Assembly: GCA_964016885.1 (NCBI GenBank)
Contig: OZ024742.1
Location: forward strand, 248,682,001-248,746,000
Direction: 5' to 3'
Source: Eledone cirrhosa
Taxonomy: Eukaryota
DNA length: 64,000 nucleotides
The notes under the pieces were generated by a model, which was given only the letters and a program-made list of their open reading frames with translations, was not told the origin of the DNA and ran no database searches. Both the position numbers and the translations under genes were made by a program. Positions 58,150-64,000 of the stretch are shown here, in pieces (positions within the stretch are counted from its first letter, which is position 1; each line of letters begins with the position of its first letter).

Positions 58150-59050
58150 TGTGTATCAGAGTTGCAGAACCTTCAATTCACTTACGGGTTCAAGCCACGT
58201 GGCATGGTTCATTGTTTACCTGTGCGGTCATGTGCGTTTGTTTTTGACACCACAGCAGATGCACAAGTTCGTAAATTCCTATACAGATAGAAATCTATTT
58301 TTGCTCACCCGGACATTGACGGAGGATCCAATATTCCTAGTTCAATATGTGTGTGGTGTTATTTTGGTCGCACAAATCAATCACTTGGTTCAATATTATG
58401 GAGTAGGGTTTTCTGGTCTTCGTAACAGTGTCAGTGGTTGTATATCTGGAAATCACAAGGATCACAGTACTCCGGTTTGGTGTGATTATCGGTCATCCAG
58501 CTATGTTGTTGGTGGTTGGATTCAATTCTATTCGCCCGAACGTTGAACTTTGGTGTCGATAGGACATTAACGATATAGTTATATTAATATATATTAATAT
58601 AACTATATTCCCCTGCCTCAAGTATCATGTATTCTTTTGAGTAATGGTCAAACCAGTTTCAAACTGAATACGTCCTGATATATATATTCTCCATGTGTGT
58701 TTATTTTCATAATTCCGCACGAGGTGCACTCGCCTGCTTTTAAATTCCCTTTCCGGCATATTTTAGCAATGGATGGGTATCATGTTTTGAGCTCTACTGA
58801 TGAACGACTCCAACCGTGACTATTCCCACTGAAATGTTTCGTGAAATAGTCTTGTTTAAGACTATATAGAGCATTTGTAGTTTTTCCAATTTGAAGGATG
58901 AGTATTTGAACTTTATTTTATTCTGATTTAAGACTCTATTGGTTTTTTCCCGGATTTCACAAAATCTGTGGATAAAATGTCTGTCTTGACTTTTTTTTTT
59001 AAATTGAGTTTGAATTATTTTCCCATATCTTACGTTAGATATTTTCCATC
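58150..59050 (-). mobile_element. Possible highly decayed PLE coding remnant upstream of the 57.4-kb HHR
   Basis: Only short motifs (HFIHRF, HP.H.., RRPEN) and its position 5' of an HHR; weak support. Confidence 0.3.
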
Positions 59051-59120
59051 TTGACGTTATAGTCACTTATATATTATGAAATACTGTTGGCTTCTACCTC
59101 ACATTAATTTCTCTATTTTC

Positions 59121-59184
<64 letters not shown>

Positions 59185-59456
59185 ATATATGTGTGTGTGT
59201 GTGTACATACATGTGTTTGTGTGTGTCGGGGAGAGGTAGGGGTATTTGTGTTTTCCTTCTCGTTGTTTCCCGATTGTAATTCCGTGAGTAATTACTTGTT
59301 GGATGAGAAGCTTGTTAGTCAATTAACTATGTAACACTATCATAATTAGTTACTGATGATATAGCAACAGCAGCAGCAACAGTAGTGTCGTTAGTGACAG
59401 TAGAAACAGTAGCTAGTTAATCAGAACAGAAGCCGAAGAGTAGTGGGTATATACAC

Positions 59457-59573
59457 ACACACACACAACACACACATATATATATATATATAATCACATA
59501 TACATATATATAAACATATCTCTCTCTCTATATATATATATGATTATATATATATATATGATTATATACATAT

Positions 59574-59604
<31 letters not shown>

Positions 59605-59668
59605 CATACATATTTATATATATACGTATATATATATTTATATATATACGTATATATATATATATATA

Positions 59669-59734
<66 letters not shown>

Positions 59735-59810
59735 CATGTATATAGAGAGAGAGATATGTTTATATATATGTATGTGTGATTATATATATATATGTGTGTG
59801 TGTTGTGTGT
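59457..59810. repeat. Inverted repeat around a degenerate (TA)n core
   Basis: ACACACAACACACACATATA..TAATCACATATACATATATATAAACATATCTCTCTCTCTATA is mirrored at about 59731-59810. Confidence 0.8.
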
Positions 59811-60115
59811 GCATGTATGTATATATAAATATATATACATTCGTATTTATGCATGCGTATATATATATATCGAGGAATCTAGGAGTAGTTTAGGTATGAT
59901 ACATTTTATTACTAATTATATCTAAATGTTTCTTCTCTCTTCATAATATATATATATATATATATATATATACGCATGCATACATACGAATGTATATATA
60001 TTTATATATACATACATGCACAAACATGAGTATGTACATGCATACACCCATCCGTCTATCGCCATATACACATGTCCGTGTGTGTGTGTATATATACACA
60101 TGTATATATATATAT

Positions 60116-60651
60116 GACAAACATAGAATATTCGAAAATATTCTGTATGTTTATAATAAACATTTTGAAGACCCAATCGCTATAGAATAGAATACGTCAC
60201 GTATTACAATTTGAGATTCTCGATAAAAGCAAGGGAAGTAACCTACGCGTTTCATTCTTATTAGAAATCATCAGGATTACATATCCAATGCTTTTATCGA
60301 GAACGACACAGCTAGAGACTTATAGAATACTTAGCTGTGTACAGGAACTGGTTTGAAAGAGCGGTACCCGGTCCGGCAGAAATTAGAATTTGGATTTAAT
60401 GCTCTGAAATAGCGATATATATGTGAAGACAAACATAGAATATTCGAAAATATTCTGTATGTTTATAATAAACATAATGAAACGCGTAGGTTACTTCCCT
60501 TCCTTTTATCGAGAATCTCAAATTGTAATACGTGACGTATTCTATTCTATAGCGATTGGGTCTTCAAAATGTTTATTATAAACATACAGAATATTTTCGA
60601 ATATTCTATGTTTGTCTTCACATATATATCGCTATTTCAGAGCATTAAATC

Positions 60652-60656
<5 letters not shown>
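60116..60656. mobile_element. Retrozyme-like 312-bp unit: about 1.15 tandem copies (-) plus an inverted partial copy (+)
   Basis: 48-bp direct repeat 60116-60163 = 60428-60475. 60476-60656 is the reverse complement of the unit, starting inside the HHR. (TA)n on both sides. Confidence 0.8.
60238..60280 (-). ncRNA. Minimal type I hammerhead ribozyme
   Basis: GTAATC CTGATGA T TTCT aata AGAA T GAAA CGCG TA GGTTAC, with palindromic stem III and GUA site. Confidence 0.8.
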
Positions 60657-60733
<77 letters not shown>

Positions 60734-60797
60734 TACATATGCATGCATATATATATATATATATGCATATATATATATTCATATATATATATATGCT

Positions 60798-60835
<38 letters not shown>

Positions 60836-60856
60836 TACATATATATATACATATAT

Positions 60857-60935
<79 letters not shown>

Positions 60936-60945
60936 ATATATATAA

Positions 60946-61114
60946 TATTTCTCCAACAAACCCCCTCCTCAATGCTTACACTATGTCGAATCACACCACT
61001 ACGCGACACCCCCACCTTTCTATATTTTTCTGCATAGGCTTCAGTCTATATAATTTCCCACCTCTCTCTCTCTCTCTCTCTTTATCTCTCTCTCTCTCTC
61101 TCTCTCTCTCTTTA

Positions 61115-61159
<45 letters not shown>

Positions 61160-61234
61160 CAATCTATCTATCTATATATATATATATATATAGAGAGAGA
61201 GGTAGAGAGAGAGAGAGTGAGAGAGAGAGAGAGC

Positions 61235-61305
<71 letters not shown>

Positions 61306-61412
61306 TATATAGACTGAAGCCTATGCAGGAAAATATAGAAAGGTGCGGGTGTCGCGTAGTGGTGTGATTCGACATAGTGTAAGCATTGAGGATGGGGTTT
61401 GTTGGAGAAATA
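60946..61412. repeat. ~470-bp palindrome: unique arm-(CT)n-(TA)n-(GA)n-inverted arm
   Basis: About 60946-61057 is the reverse complement of about 61301-61412, with a few substitutions. Confidence 0.9.
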
Positions 61413-61828
61413 TCGGAATAGGAACACGTAGTATTATAAAGATAGAAGGGAGCCCTGTGAGAGGGTGGGAATGAGGGAAAGATAGAGAGGTGAGAGTAGG
61501 TTATTATAAAGGTTTTAAGGGCAGTAAGCATGAGGGTTACAGAATGAGGCGGGTGAAGGATCAAAGTTAGTTGGAATGATGCGGAAAAGAAATGGGCTGG
61601 CGGGGGTTAGGATATAAAGAGTAGAAGATGAAAGCATGGTGGACTCTTGGTGGAAGTAATGGTGAAGGTGGTTATCGTGTTGGTGGTGATGTCGTTGATG
61701 ATGGTATTAGTGTTGGATGGGAAAGAGAACAACTGAGAAGAGATATGAAGAGGTTGTGGTATGTGAGGTACATATATATATGTGTGAGGGTATGTATTTT
61801 TATGTGTGTTTCTGTGTGTGTGTGTACG

Positions 61829-61876
<48 letters not shown>

Positions 61877-62215
61877 TGTGTGTGTGTGCGTTTGTGTGGG
61901 TTGGTGTATGTGTGGGTTGGTGTATGTGTGGGTTGGTGTGTGTGCATACCTGTGAATAAGGAAGAGAAAATATGGTACTGGGAACTGAATGATATAGTTT
62001 TGTATGTTTTCTGATTATATATATATATATACTTCTACGTTCACAGATTGATTTTTTAGTTTCAGAAGATCCCGGTAGGGGTGAAAGCAGACATTCTTTA
62101 CTTACACTTTAATCTGTTATTTTAATAAATATTTGCTCTACTGTTCTTATATATTTGATATATATTTATCGTTATCGAGCCCTCTTTGGATTTTAATCTT
62201 CAAATTTATTATTAT

Positions 62216-62262
<47 letters not shown>

Positions 62263-62424
62263 ATATAAAACGAAAAATCAGTGATGCATCTGGACTCAGT
62301 TTATTGTGTGTTACAATTGCTTCGCCGGCAGATAGCTCGAGACACGATCATTGCATGGATCTGTCTGATTCTAGATCTGCGACTTCTTCGGACACATGCA
62401 ATACTTCTCGGGAGCTACCATTAA

Positions 62425-62459
<35 letters not shown>

Positions 62460-63177
62460 CATTCGGATTACATACCATATATATAGAGTGAGAGAAAGAG
62501 AGAGAGAAATATTCTTATTTTCTGACTTGATCATGGTGTTCTGGGCTCCTTGTGGCTCTGGTTCACCTACTCCATCTTGCTATCGGTGTCCTTTGGGCCA
62601 TGGACGTAATAGTGGGTGCTCAGTCTCTCCCTGGTCTGGTAGGACAGAAGCTTCTGAGGTCATTTCTATCTAAGTATTCATTACTCACATGAGTCACATC
62701 AGAATTTCCAGCTCACTGGTGTTAATCTCTCGTATTTCTGCCATTCCCTCACTGACCATCTCCATGCATTTTGTACAGCAAAATCTACGTCAATGGATGT
62801 GTATAGAGCCAGTCAGATCCTCAGATAGGTTGCATCGTTGATTCTGCTGAGGATTCTACTATGCTGTCATACAGCTAGAGATATTGTAAATATGCGGCCT
62901 ATGATCATCGAGAGGAGGTAGGAGTTTCTGTAGTTCGGAGTGTATTCAAAACTACATCATTCAGTTCTTAGAACCATATTTCTTCTTCCCCAACACCAGC
63001 AACACCAACACATGTGATCTGTGGAGCTAATATTGCTACTGGAATATAGCGATGGGGAAGGGAGAGAGAAATAAACTGATAGTTAACTCTAGACTTATGA
63101 AACAGTTTGTAATGAATGTAGTTGTGACAGAAAACGTATGTAATAATCGCTGGTTGTGAGAGTCCGAGAGAATAGTA

Positions 63178-63345
63178 ATAACTGTTTCTACTTTTGGCAC
63201 AAGGCCAGCAATGAGCACAGTGTATTACTGGTACTTTATTTTATCGACTCCGTAAGAATGAAAGGCAAAGTTAATCTCGGCGGGATTTGAACTCAGACTA
63301 TAAAGGGCCGTAACTCTTTGCTGCAAAGCATGGCGTCCGACCTTA
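63178..63345 (-). mobile_element. Meta-domain SINE
   Basis: Reverse complement of GAGTTCAAATCCCGCCGAGATTAACTTTGCCTTTCATTCTTACGGAGTCGATAAAATAAAGTACCAG. Confidence 0.8.
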
Positions 63346-63758
63346 ACAATGAGTAATGAGATGATAAACCGCCTAACGAAAAAGAGCCCATAATGTAATG
63401 TGTTTTATGGAGTAAATATTAAACTACATAGGTGGGGGGGGGGGGGGGGGGGCGAAGTAAAATACAGCCAGTGGGATGGCGTTATCTTATGGCTAAAACA
63501 GCACGACGTGCTGTGACCAGCGGCTCCGAATGGACGCCCGACAGACTGTACTTATATATATATTTATATTTATATATGAATTTTATTATTATCCTTTTCT
63601 CGCCTTTAAACATCAATTTGAAACGAAGGACGAGAAAACCTTGTGAGTATATATATATATATATATATTGTATATTTACTCCAATAATTTGTTGAGTGTT
63701 TATATCAGTTATAAAAATATTTTGCTTGTTGTATCCCAACAAATTAAATATAACCTCT

Positions 63759-63800
<42 letters not shown>

Positions 63801-64000
63801 ATTAAAAAAACGGTGAAGTTTCGTTCATATGAAGTTGGTTTTTTATCGTGAATCGACCCGTATGGAGTGCTCATTTTGGTACCACCACCCGTAATTCCCT
63901 GAACCTCATACAGTATATATGTATGTATATATATATATAGATATATATAGGAAAATGTATGACCCCGACGGCAGAGCTCAAGCCGTTTCGACGGATATAT

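Noticed and set aside
62490-63030. Possible exon or retroelement fragment with balanced GC
   Set aside because: No sustained ORF or identifiable motif.

Overview
AT-rich, microsatellite-saturated eukaryotic DNA. The Meta-domain tRNA-SINEs, RTE, R4/Dong and Penelope-like elements and the very high (TA)n density suggest an octopus or other cephalopod genome (inference). No complete host gene is visible; there is one candidate terminal exon encoding a transmembrane helix at 1915-2084. Almost all ORFs in the supplied track are microsatellite translations. Recognisable mobile DNA: a nearly intact RTE-group LINE (27.7-30.8 kb; one stop, one frameshift), a decayed RTE, an R4/Dong RLE remnant, a CRE-like RLE element inserted into a Penelope-like element (PLE) with a 10-bp TSD, several PLE remnants, four copies of a ~607-bp bipartite RTE-derived non-autonomous element, two SINE families, a Helitron-like element and a Tc1/mariner fragment. 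The main hidden signal is about 18 hammerhead ribozyme (HHR) motifs with recognisable cores, from about 10 unrelated families, found by eye. Several sit in non-coding 312-533-bp units present as slightly more than one tandem copy; in four cases this is joined head-to-head to an inverted partial copy, with both 3' ends abutting (TA)n-type microsatellite. This looks like a population of retrozyme-like, microsatellite-targeted elements mobilised by PLE machinery. Coordinates were counted by hand; boundaries of decayed elements are approximate.
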